From the NCBI RefSeq assembly GCF_009914755.1, contig NC_060927.1: a DNA stretch of 64,000 nucleotides; one strand, 5' to 3'. The position numbers were made by a program, and so were the translations under genes. Below, piece by piece: positions 11,835 to 23,359 of this stretch. The notes under the pieces were generated by a model. The model was not told the origin of the DNA. It searched no databases and saw nothing but the letters and a program-made list of their open reading frames with translations. This DNA is from the human T2T-CHM13v2.0 reference genome, Homo sapiens. Numbering within the stretch: the stretch's first letter is position 1; the number at the start of each line of letters is the position of its first letter.

Positions 11835-14742
11835 CAACATAGCAAATAATCAATCATTGTAATATACCATATTAATCGAATGAAGACAAAAAAGCACATG
11901 ATAATCTCAATTTTATACAGAAAAAGCATTTGACAAAATCCAAAACCCTTCTGTAATAAAAAGTCAACAAACTTGGAAGAGAAGTGAATGTCTTCAACCT
12001 GCTAAAGGGTATTTATGAAAAACCCACAGCTAAAATAATTCTTAACAGTGAAGACTGAAAGCTTCCCCAGGAGATAAGAAATGAAACAAAGATGGCTGCT
12101 TTTGCCGATTCTATTCAACATTGTACTGCAAGTTCTAGCCTGGACAGTTAGTCAAGGAAAAGGAATAAAAGGCACCCAAATGGGAAATGAAGAGATAACA
12201 TCATCCCTATTCAGAGATAACATTATCTTCTATGTACAAAATCTTAAAGAATCCACATAAAGCCATAAACAAATTCATCAAAGATATATAGGATACAAGA
12301 TCAACACACAAAAAATTTATTGTATTCCTATATACTTGCAACAATCTAAAAATGAAATTTAAAAAACAATTATATTTACAATAGCATCAAAAATAATAAA
12401 ATATTTAGGAAATGAAATTAACCAAGAATATGCAAGACTTGAATACTGAAAAACTACAAAACATTCTGAAAGAAATTAAATAAGACCTAATAAATTAAAT
12501 GACATCTGTTCATGGATTGGAAGACTTAATATTGCTAAGATGGCAGTACTCCCCAAAGCAGTCCACAGATTCAATGCAAGCCATATCAAAATCCCATGGT
12601 CTTTTTTGCAGAAATGAAAATGTCGATCCTAATATTAATATAAAATTGTATGGGAACTTTAATAGCCAAGACAATCTTGAAAAAGAAAAACAAAGTTGGA
12701 GGACTGGCATTTTCAGATCTCAAAGTTTATTACAAAGCTACAACTAATCAAAACAGGGTGGTAGTGGCATAAGGATAGAAAAAAAGATTAATGGAATAGA
12801 ATTGAGAGTCCAGAAATAAAGTCATGCATCTATGGTCAATTCATTTTTTGACAAGAGTACCAAGATAATTCAATGGGGAAAGAATAGTCTCTTCAACAAA
12901 TGGTTCTGGAATAACTGGATACCCACTTGTAAAAGAATGATGTTAGACCTCTACCCATGCCATATACAAAAATTAAGATGGGTCAAAGACCTAAATGTAA
13001 GAGCTAAAAAATATGAAACACTTAAAAGAAAACATAGGGGTAAACCTTCACAACTTTGGACTTGGCAATGGATTCTTAGATATGACACCAAAAGGACAAG
13101 TAACAAAAGATAAAAAATAGATAAATTGAAGTTCACCCAAATTAAAAATTTTGTGCTTCAAGAGACACTATCAAGAAAGTGAAAAAACCTGACTTTTTAA
13201 AAGTCAGGAAACAACAGGTCCTGGAGAGGATGTGGAGAAATAGGAACACTTTTACACTGTTGGTGGGACTGTAAACTAGTTCAACCATTGTGGAAGTAAG
13301 TGTGGCGATTCCTCAGGGATCTAGAACTAGAAATACCATTTGACCCAGCCAACCCATTACTGGGTATATACCCAGAGGATTATAAATCATGCTGCTATAA
13401 AGACACATGCACACATATGTTTATTGCCGCACTATTCGCAATAGCAAAGACTTGGAACCAAACCAAATGTTCAACAACAATAGACTGGATTAAGAAAATG
13501 TGGCACATATACACCATGGAATACTATGCAGCCATAAAAAATGATGAGTTCATGTCCTTTGTAGGGACATGGATGAAACTGGAAACCATCATTCTCAGCA
13601 AACTATCGCAAGGACAAAAAAACAAACACCACATATTCTCACTCATAGGTGGGAATTGAACAATGAGAACACATGGACACAGGAAGGGGAGCATCACACT
13701 CTGGGGACTGTTGTGGGGTGGGGGGAGGGGGGAGGGATAGCATTAGGAGATACACCTAATGCTAAATGACGAGTTAATGGGTACAGCACACCAACATGGC
13801 ACATGTATACATATGTAACAAACCTGCACATTGTGCACATGTACCCTAAAACTTAAAGTATAATAATAATAAAATTTAAAAAAAAGAAAGTGAAAAAACC
13901 TACAGAATGGGAGACAATATCCTCAAATCATGTATCTAATAAGTGACTAGTATCTAGAATATGTCAAGAACTCTTACAATTTACCAATCAAAAGACAACT
14001 CATTCAAAAAATGCGCAAAGGACTTGAATAGATGTTTCTCCAGAGAAGAACACATGAAAAGATGCTGAACATTATTAGTCATTAGGGGAATGGAAATAAA
14101 AACCGCAATAAAATATCACCTCATACCCACTAAAACGGCTGTAATCAAAAAATGGAAAATAACAAGTGTTCCTTCCTCAAAAAGTATCAAAATTCCCATA
14201 TGAGCCAGCAATTCCATTCCTAGATATATACCCCAAAGAATTGAAAACAGATGTTCCATCAAAAACCTATACATGAATGTTCACAGCAGCATTATGTACA
14301 ATAACAAAAAGTGGAAGTATCCCAAATGTCCATCAACTGATAAATGAGTAAATGAAAATTTGTTATATCCATGCAATGGAAATATGATTTAATCATTAAA
14401 AGGAATGAACTACTGATACATGCTACAACATGCATAAACCTTGAAAACATTATGCTAAGTAAAAAAAAAGCCAGATATAAAAGGTCACATATTATATGAT
14501 TCCATTTATATGAAATATCCAGAATAGGTAAATCCACAGAGAAAGCAGATTAATGATTGCCAGGGGCCATGAGGAGGGGGCAATAAGGAGCGACTGCTTA
14601 ATAGGTACAGGTTTCCTTTTGTGTAATAAAAATATTTTGGACCTAGTAGAAGTGATGGTTGCACACTGTAAATTACTAAATGTCACCCAATTTCGCACCT
14701 TTAAGTAGTTAATTTTATGTTATGTAAATGCTACTTTTAAAA
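11835..14742 (+). mobile_element. L1MB-type element (ORF2 3' half plus 3'UTR), split by an L1PA
   Basis: Decayed RT-region text (gaaaaagcatttgacaaaatccaa, ttcatggattggaagacttaatattgctaagatgg) and an L1MB-type 3'UTR ending gttaattttatgttatgtaaat. Confidence 0.88.
13191..13885 (+). mobile_element. 5'-truncated L1PA (PA3-5-like) with 18-bp TSD
   Basis: ORF 13300..13659 is the ORF2p C-terminus, followed by a G-rich 3'UTR and A-tail. TSD aagaaagtgaaaaaacct at 13173-13190 and 13884-13901. Confidence 0.98.
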
Positions 14743-15172
14743 GAGCCAATCCCCAAATCACATACTGTATGATTCCACGTATGTAACATTTTTGAAATGA
14801 TAAAATTTTAGAAGTGGAGAACAGAATAGGGGTTGTAGAGTGGCAGAGTAAGAGATAGAATTGTGTGTGGTTATAAAAGGGTGGCTACAAAAGGGATTCT
14901 TATGGTATTGCAATTGTTTAGTGTCCTGATTGTGATAGTGGATACACAAACCTACACAGGTGATAAAATTATATAGAACTTAATTCATACACACAAGTAT
15001 AAGTAAAACCAGGATAACTGAGTAAGGCTAGTGGACTGTATCAATGTTGATATCTAGATACTACTACACTATAGTTTTACAAAATATTACCATCCAGGAA
15101 AACTAGGCATAGATCTCTCTGTATTATTTCTTAAAGCTGTATGTGAATCTGTAGATACCTCAATTAAACAAA
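14743..15172 (+). mobile_element. L1MD-type 3'UTR
   Basis: gtggatacacaaacctacacaggtgataaaatt...gatctctctgtattatttcttaaagctgtatgtgaatct. Probably the 3' end of the element that starts at 9640. Confidence 0.8.
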
Positions 15173-15319
15173 AAATATGGTATAAATTAATCCAAATCAG
15201 TAATCACAATATAAATTAATTAAAATAGCATCTAAAGACATCAAGGTCACCAAGAGCCATACCTGAAACAAAACAAAGCATAAAGATTGAAAATGAAGGG
15301 ACAGAAAATGATTTACCAG

Positions 15320-15600
15320 TGATAATCAACACATGTCTATTTAGTGCCTCCTACATACATGGCACAGTATGGGACACACTGGGACAAATCCATAAACAGA
15401 AAAACAAAAAATAGATGATGTTTCTGTTTGCTTGGCGCATGCATACACCACTAGAAGTGGTGAAGGAAAATAGATAAACAATGAATAAATAAACATACAT
15501 ATATATATATATTACATCAAAGCAAGACATGGAGACTAGAGAGTGACTGGGAATACTATTTTACAGAGGGAATTAGTGAAAGAATGTCCAATAACATTTA
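15320..15600 (-). mobile_element. L2 3' relic
   Basis: tcaacacatgtctatttagtgcctcctac...atggcacagtatgggacac. Confidence 0.55.
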
Positions 15601-16091
15601 ATCAAATTTTAAACAAAAGAATGCTAATGTAGGGATATTAATTTTACTCAAGATACTATACTTCATTATGCTTCGCAAAATAACTTATAAGAGTAACGAA
15701 TGGTTGCCCAAAATGATAAAAGGAACAATCTAGAAATAAAATATAACAATCACAAGTTATCAACCGAGATTCCATTGCATCAGTCATGGAACTTATGTGA
15801 TTAAAAACGTGTAATCTTAATGGTTAAATGAAGGCACATCTGACCTCTGCTAATAAGAAAAAGAACTTTTAAGCAAAACAGCAGCCAGTTTTCAAAATCC
15901 TGCTTTTTCCACTAAAGTAGCTCTAGATAGTATAGTATATACCAACACAAATCATGTCTGGAGTCAAGGTAAAGAACCAACAGGTGAGGAGGACCAGGAA
16001 ACTTGCAGTGTTTTTGTGAAGATTAAATGAGGTCATGTTATTTATTCATGTGTCTCATTTACTATTTAACACATGGTAGACACTTGGGTTT

Positions 16092-16470
16092 TTCAGTATA
16101 GTAAGACAATGCTGCAGTAACGAATAAACTCCTAAGCCTCATGGTCTTAGTCTGAAAAGGTTCATTTATCACTCACATAAACTGTATTGCAGGTCATATT
16201 GCCCCCTTCCATCTGGCAACCAAGACACATGGAATATGTGATCTCCAGGATCAGTGCAGTCAGGAAAGAAATGTTTGAAGGGGTTTTTTTTTTTTAATGT
16301 TTGTAAATACCAGCCTGGAGCCAGCTCATAACATCAGTTCCATCTACATCCCCGTGGTCAGAATTTTGTCATATGATTCTAAACTAACTACAAGAGAAGC
16401 TGGGACATGTGGTCTCCCTGTGTGTTCAGAAAGATGAAACCATATGGAGGTCACATATCGCTATGGTACC
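16092..16470 (-). mobile_element. Old MLT1 (K/L-like) LTR
   Basis: atgctgcagtaacgaataaactcctaagcctcatggtcttag...ctaactacaagagaagctgggacatgtggtctccctgtgtg. Confidence 0.65.
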
Positions 16471-17599
16471 ATGGCATTCAATAAATGGAAACTCTGCCCT
16501 CCTGCTATAGCTTCTGTTTCTTTCGCCATTACTTCTAATGCCATAAAAATAATGATAGTGACACCTAACACTTGTTCAGCTATGTGGCAGGCATTAGCTA
16601 CTTTTCATTATCTCAGTTTGCACAACAATCCTACCAAATAAGTTTATTATTTATTACTATAAATCAAGGCTCAGAGATGTTGGAACTGCCTGAAGTTATA
16701 AGCGAGTAAATATTTGTCTTACTACTAGTACTCCCTCTACTTAAAAGAGAGAGACTGTTTTTTCCAAGGGGCTAGGTGACCCCAGCGTAGTCTCCCTGGA
16801 AGATGCCAGTTTTTCCCAGCTCTAAGTCACCTGCCTAGTACATAACCATTGGAACATCTGTAAAAAGCTTCCCTCTGCAGTAATTTTTCTTTGATTTACG
16901 GGTTGTGTTAAAATTGTTGTTCTATAATGGTCATGTCTAGAGACTGTTGCACTTAAAGGGAAAATTGCTCTAAATAAAAACGAATGATACTAAAATCCCT
17001 TCTCTCCCAATGAAATGATTCTCCTGTATTTTGTTCTCCTTGTGTGCTCACCAAAAAAGCTTCTTTGGTCTATTATTTCCCAATTACCTCTTCTGATGTT
17101 AGCTGAGAGCAGAGAAGGAGGATGGGATCACGAGGCTCATAACATTTGATCTTTTCCAGGCTTCAGCAAACCTGTGAATCATTTTCATAAGCTAAATCAA
17201 TATCAGGTGTCACCTGGTGGCAGGTAAGGGCAATCCGATGGTTTTTGTAATACCTTGTGGACATTGATTTTCCACATATCAAGAGAGGACACGAAATAGG
17301 GAATGGATGAGTATGCAAAAGTAAAATGACCACACAGCTCTGCAGTTTGGTTCAGGGCTTGCATGTTTCCTGACTTCACTCTGACTTCTCAACCTCTCCC
17401 AGCCATGCCCACTGCCCTTAGAGGATTTCCAGGCACAGGAGTCAGGAGAACCCTGCATAGCACCCATGTATTAGAGTCAACCTGGATCCTGCACTTACTG
17501 GCCGAAATAGGACAATTCCTCTGCTTTCTCTGTTTTAAAGGGCTGAGCCACCCAGATGGCATGACTAAAAACTGCTCTGTCAAAGAATGCAAGGTGGAA

Positions 17600-17792
17600 A
17601 ATATGGTTTTCAAAGTTTGATCCTCAACCAGCAGAATCAGCATCACCTGGGAACTTGTTAGAGATGCAAATTCTCAGGCCCCAGCTAAGACCTACTAAAT
17701 CAGAATCTCTGGTAGTGGGACCCAGCCGTCGGTGTTTTAACAAGCCCGAGAAGATTTTGATGCAGTCTCTAGTTTGAGAATCGTTATACTAA
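17600..17792. mobile_element. MER5A hAT MITE
   Basis: cagcagaatcagcatcacctgggaacttgttagagatgcaaattctcaggcccc...gacctactaaatcagaatctctgg...agtttgagaatc. Confidence 0.92.
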
Positions 17793-17794
17793 AA

Positions 17795-17930
17795 GAACCT
17801 TAAGAGATCATTAGACTGAGCTTTCTATCTCACAGAAATGAAAACAGAGGCCCAGGGAAAGGGAGAACCATTGCATGCCTGGATGGGGACCCAGTATCCC
17901 AGTCTTGGGACTTGTGTGGTCAGCTCTAGC
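17795..17930 (-). mobile_element. MIR relic
   Basis: acagaaatgaaaacagaggcccagggaaaggg core. Confidence 0.5.
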
Positions 17931-17947
17931 CTTTGCTGCTTCCTCTG

Positions 17948-18385
17948 TGCTATAGTTTGGCTTGTTTGCCCTCCAAGTCTCATGCTGAAGTTTGATTCCC
18001 AATGTTGGGAGTGGGGCTTAATGGGATGTGTTTGGGTCATGGGGGTAGATCGCTCATGAATAGATTAATGCCTTCCCTGGGATAGGGTGTTACTGAGTGA
18101 ATTCTTGTTCTATTAGCTCCCAAGAAAGTTCCCCTGAGATCTGGTATTATAAAGAGCCTGGCATCTCCCCCATCCTCACCTCGCATCTTCTCTTGCCATG
18201 TGATCTCCGCACAGGCCAGTTCCCCTTTCTTTCCACCATGAGTGGAAGCAGCCTGAGGCCTCATCAGAAGCAGATGCTGGCCCCATGCTTCATGCACAGG
18301 CTGCAGAATCATGAGCCAAATAAACCTTTTGATAAGTTACCCAGCCTCAGGTATTCCTTTATAACAACACAAATAGACTAAGACA
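17948..18385 (+). mobile_element. MSTB-like MaLR solo LTR
   Basis: tgctatagtttgg...tttgggtcatgggggtagatcgctcatgaatagattaatgcc...ttacccagcctcaggtattcctttataacaacacaaatagactaagaca. ctctg occurs on both flanks. Confidence 0.93.
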
Positions 18386-19388
18386 ACTCTGGGTAGCCAA
18401 TAAGATAGACTGGGTCTGGACAGGGTGATCTCCCAGGCCTCACAGTGGGAACTGTGACACAGAATTGAAGTCCAGAACTTCAGAGCCACACGAGAGCCAC
18501 TGCTGAGAGACACTATTGTAAGGACAGTGAGGAGAGCCACAGCATCCTGGCAGCTAGGAGGTACTCCTCGGCCAAGGGTAAGCCACTGTGCACTAAGTGG
18601 ACCGAGGACATTTAAAGTCCCACCAGCTTAGTTGTTGCTGGGGTAACTTCCAACAAACCCACAGATACATGTGTTTTGGGGAAGCATTTCCAGGCTAGAC
18701 ACCAGCAGGCTTGCCATGTAGGCATGCTTCCTCCCTGAAAAAGGGCAAAGGCAAAAGATGTGTTCATCCTTCCTCTTGGAGATTCTGATACTGTTCCTGC
18801 CTTCCTGCCTCAGGACTGCTCATCTCTTATCTGGTCTAGAACAGGAGCTTCTTAAAGGAGTATCTCATCCAATGTCACTGTTCTCCAGCCATTCCCCACC
18901 CAAAGCTGAGGGATATTGCTGATCTGCTCATGCCTCTCCATGCTTAAAATAATTCCCCAGATTCCATCACTTCAGGATGAAATCTACATTGCCCCTCTGG
19001 CTGATTCAGTCTTCTCAACCTGACCCTGGTCCTTTCCAGCTTCCCCTCTGCCATGTGTCTTCCTGAGTCACATCCTCCTGGGGAAAGCACTTGCAGTACC
19101 AGGAGTGCCACTCTCTCACACCCTTGTCACTTAAGTCCCATTTCCTTCAATGCCCAGATTGGGATCCACTCATTGGAGGAGTCAGAACCCCTTGCCTCAT
19201 CAGCTCTCTGACAGCAGTTGTATAGGTCTCTAACATAGCCCTGATTACAGTTTTGAAATATACTTGTCTGTCTTTCCTACCAGACAGTCAGCTCCCAATG
19301 GCAGAGACTCGGCATAAAGTTAGCATATGGTGATGATGCCCTGAAACCCCATTAGCAATTATATGTGTCCATATTGCACATACCCTAA

Positions 19389-19789
<401 letters not shown>

Positions 19790-21069
19790 CTAGTTCCCTA
19801 TTTTTTATCCTAATTATGCATTATTCATTCAGGCTGGAAGACCCCTTGAAATGTCATCTCATCCAGCCCCCTGCCTTGGGGGTGGACTGAAGGAGGCTTC
19901 TGGGCTCTATTTTACAACAATCTGTCAGTACACCTAAGTCAGTGTGGAGAAGACACAGATCAAATGCTGGTGGGTGACGCCTGGTGCTGACACTGCTGCA
20001 GACCCATCCTCTGAGCATCCACTGTCCATGGGCAGAAGGAGAAGCCTACAGGGCTGGACCGAGGCTCAGTCTAGAGTATTTACCCAGAGAAACTGTTTAA
20101 AATACATTATGTGCCACTTGAAATTTACTATGTCTCCTTGCTTTTATCTAAATTTAACCCCATTACTTTTACTATCTTGGTAATAAAGCAGATTGAAGTG
20201 TGTGGTAGAAGTGGTTTGAAATACAAAGCTTTCTTCTTCTCTTATTTGCTTTCATTTTTGTTTATGTCCTACGTTGGTTAAACAAAATTGAGGCACTTAA
20301 GGAGTATTATAAATCCTCATGAGGCTTCTCATCTTACAAATGGAGCAATGCTCAAAACACTCTTGTTCAAGTGGTTGCTTGAAGCCCAGATCACATTTTC
20401 TATAAGGCTTTGTTAATGGTAGTTCCCAGAGACAACTCAAGTAAGTTGAGGCAGAAATGAGAAAGTACCACCTTGATCTTGCCTTTGAACCTGGGAGTCA
20501 TCAGAGGATGATTAAGAAAGCAAGTGAGTCTACCATATTGGCAGAGTATTCATCAAGAAACCACAGACTTACACAACCAAGAGGGAGGGAAACAAGCTAG
20601 GGCACCCTTGATAACACTGTGCCAGATGGGGACATCTGGGTGCATTCTCCAGCTGTCCTTGGGGCACCCGACCACAGCCTGGCCTGAGTGCTGCAAAGGA
20701 CAAGACCAAACTGCAAAGGACAAGGCCTGCCTTGGTCACCAGGGAGGATAAGGCTGCCAGGACTGCCTGGAGACCTTGGGTTCTCCTGAGGTAGCATCAG
20801 ACACAGCTTCATTCAGCCTATTCCTCAACTTTACATGAGTTGTCCTATCTGTGCCTCTCTGCTCCAGAGTCTAGCTGCTCTTTCTTGCCTAAAATATTCT
20901 GAGACTCTTATGGCTAGCTATTCCTTCTTCCAGAACAAGAGAGAAATAACCTAAGATGTATAGCAATAGGTGTTCTCCGGCTCGTTTTGATATTGTGGAT
21001 GCTTCAGCTCAGAGTGGCCCTGTAGGAACTTCCCAGAGAGTGAAGCTGGGCTAGCTCTGGTCACTAGTG

Positions 21070-21430
21070 GATCAGTCAAGATAGACTAGGTTATGCTGCA
21101 CCAGCAAAAATTTCAAAATCTCAGTGGCGTAACACAAAAATGTTGTAAGCCCCTATAAGAGTTCTGCTAAGATTAGACATGCAAGAACACAGAGTAATAG
21201 AGGCTTCTTTTGGACAGGTGCTTTCATGATCATCACTGTGTGGGAAGGAAGCCTGGATCTTAAAATAATCTACTTGGAAGGGGCACAGTTTATGCCTGCT
21301 CATATTTCACTGGCCAATGTAAATCACACAGCCCCATAGAACCTCAAAAAAGGACAGAGGCATGGTCCAACGATGTGACCAGAAGGTAAAAGACAAGCTG
21401 GAAATATTTAGTAAACAACCACACCAGCAT
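21070..21430 (-). mobile_element. Old MLT1 (K/L-like) LTR
   Basis: tcagtcaagatagactaggttatgctgca...aaaatctcagtggcgtaacacaaaaatg. Confidence 0.65.
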
Positions 21431-22427
21431 CTTGTGGATCCAGACAACCCGCCTTCCCAAGCATGGAGAGCCTTCCAGGTCCCTCTCACACCGTGCGCCA
21501 AGAACTACACAGAACCATGCTGATGCCTCTGGATATAAACCTGGTCTGTTCAAAGACCACACTCGTCTTTCAGCCATCCTAGGGGAGCTTTAATTATAGC
21601 AAGTGGTCCTGTCATCTCTGTTACAGAATCTCAGGATATCGGGCAGAGTAAAAAAGAATGTTAACCAGTCTGCTCTGCAGCCTTCTTGAAGAAGTAGACT
21701 CACTCTTTTTAAGAAAATTATAAAAAGAAGGAAAATCCTAGAGACTCCTCTCCTCATCTATTCTGGTGCCAAATAATTATGTCCTTTCCATTTTTCCTTT
21801 CCTGATTGTATAAAGCACTTGGAAATAAAAACAAACAACAACAACAACAAAACACAAAGCAGTTAACGAACATTAAATATTGAAAAGAGATATCATAGTG
21901 TGTGGGTGGGAGAGAGAATAAAATAGATCTCCCCAACCCACGTACCCTCCCTCAGAAAAACTGTCTAAGTTGGGCTGCAGGCTATGATATAATTAGAACA
22001 ATATTGCCCATTTGCAAAGACATGTGCCTGTTTTCATGAAATGGAAGCATCTGCTGAAATTATTTGAGGTGTCCCATCACTAATTAAAAGAGCTTTCATT
22101 TATAGAGGATGCACCATATGGGTGCTGTTGATTCTTGGGTTGCTGGATGTGAACGAGCACTGGGGGAGTTGTTGGGGCAGGTGTATGGTGAGAAATATCT
22201 GGGAAAAGTATGATTTAGCCTTCCAAAAATTCTATTATGCTTACAAGGAGGTGGGGGCGGGAGAGGTGCTGCTGGAAGTTGTTTAAGACTTGGAAACGTG
22301 ACACATCATCCCAAGTTGCCCTCAGTTTCATCTTTGTCCACTTATGAGCCTTGCCTCCCAAGCCTCGCTATACTCTTTAACTTGCCAAATTGCTACAATG
22401 TCTTCAGGGGACTTTCCAGATAAAGAT

Positions 22428-22611
22428 ATCAGTTATAGGACTTGTGGAGCCCTGTGCAAAATGAAAATGTGGGGCTCCTTGCTCCAAAGTTATTAAGAAT
22501 TGTTATTAAGTTATTAAGACTGTGACAGCAGAGCATGAAACCAAGTGCAAGCCTTTTTGAGTACAGAGCCCAGTGCAGCTGCATATGTCATGTACCCAGA
22601 AACCAGCCCTG
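22428..22611 (-). mobile_element. MER45A-like hAT MITE
   Basis: ttgtggagccctgtgcaaaatgaaaatgtggggctcc...gacagcagagcatgaaaccaagtgc...aaaccagccctg. Confidence 0.85.
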
Positions 22612-23359
22612 CAGGTCAAGATCTGCTGGAGAAATGGAGCTGAGAGGTGGTGAGATTAAAGCAGAGAGCCATGCCAGACAATAGTCACCCCACACATTTT
22701 AACTACACTCTGCCTTGAAGACCACACAGCACATGCTCTTGGCAGGACAGGCTCATGGCAGAGCTGTGATTAAGCCCAGATACTGACTTCTGGCCCCACA
22801 TGCTTTTCTCTACTTTATAACTCAGAAAATTCTGCTCCCTAAAGTCCTACTTTGAATTATTCTCACCCACCATATACATACTCTAGGAGCCCATGTACAT
22901 CCTATTTAGCACTGTGAAGTAGCCCAAATAGGTGTCAGAAAAAAAAAAAGTCAGTCCCAGCTCAGCTGGAGACAGATGCATATAGGACACATCAGTAAAG
23001 CTAATTCTTATAATTCTCAATAGCTAGAAGAATCATAACAGATTATTCAAGATGTGTATTTCCAACTGTGGGGTCAATACCTGAAATGTACTTGAGGCAA
23101 TTATAAAATTATTTCTTTTAAAAAAGATATTAAGGGCAAGGAAATAGCCAGTGAACTAAGGTCTCAGGTCTGGAGCTAGTGTTTTTTATTTGGTTGGTTG
23201 GTTGGTTTTTAGTGTTTTCTATGTTCAAGGGAATAATTTCACTCCAAAAATACTTTGGGGTACAGAAATATCCTCATTTTTCATATTCCAGTTTTTAAAG
23301 AATTCTCTTGAGGAGGCAGGAGAGCCACAATATCCAATGGGTAAAATACCTTTTTAAAA

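Noticed and set aside
13300-13659. ORFs with clear protein similarity (also 3557-3739, 57390-57776, 57916-58188, 58496-58777)
   Set aside because: They are C-terminal L1 ORF2p fragments of truncated, promoterless elements, not genes.
13715-13737. G-quadruplex-forming run
   Set aside because: This is the normal G-rich tract of the L1PA 3'UTR.
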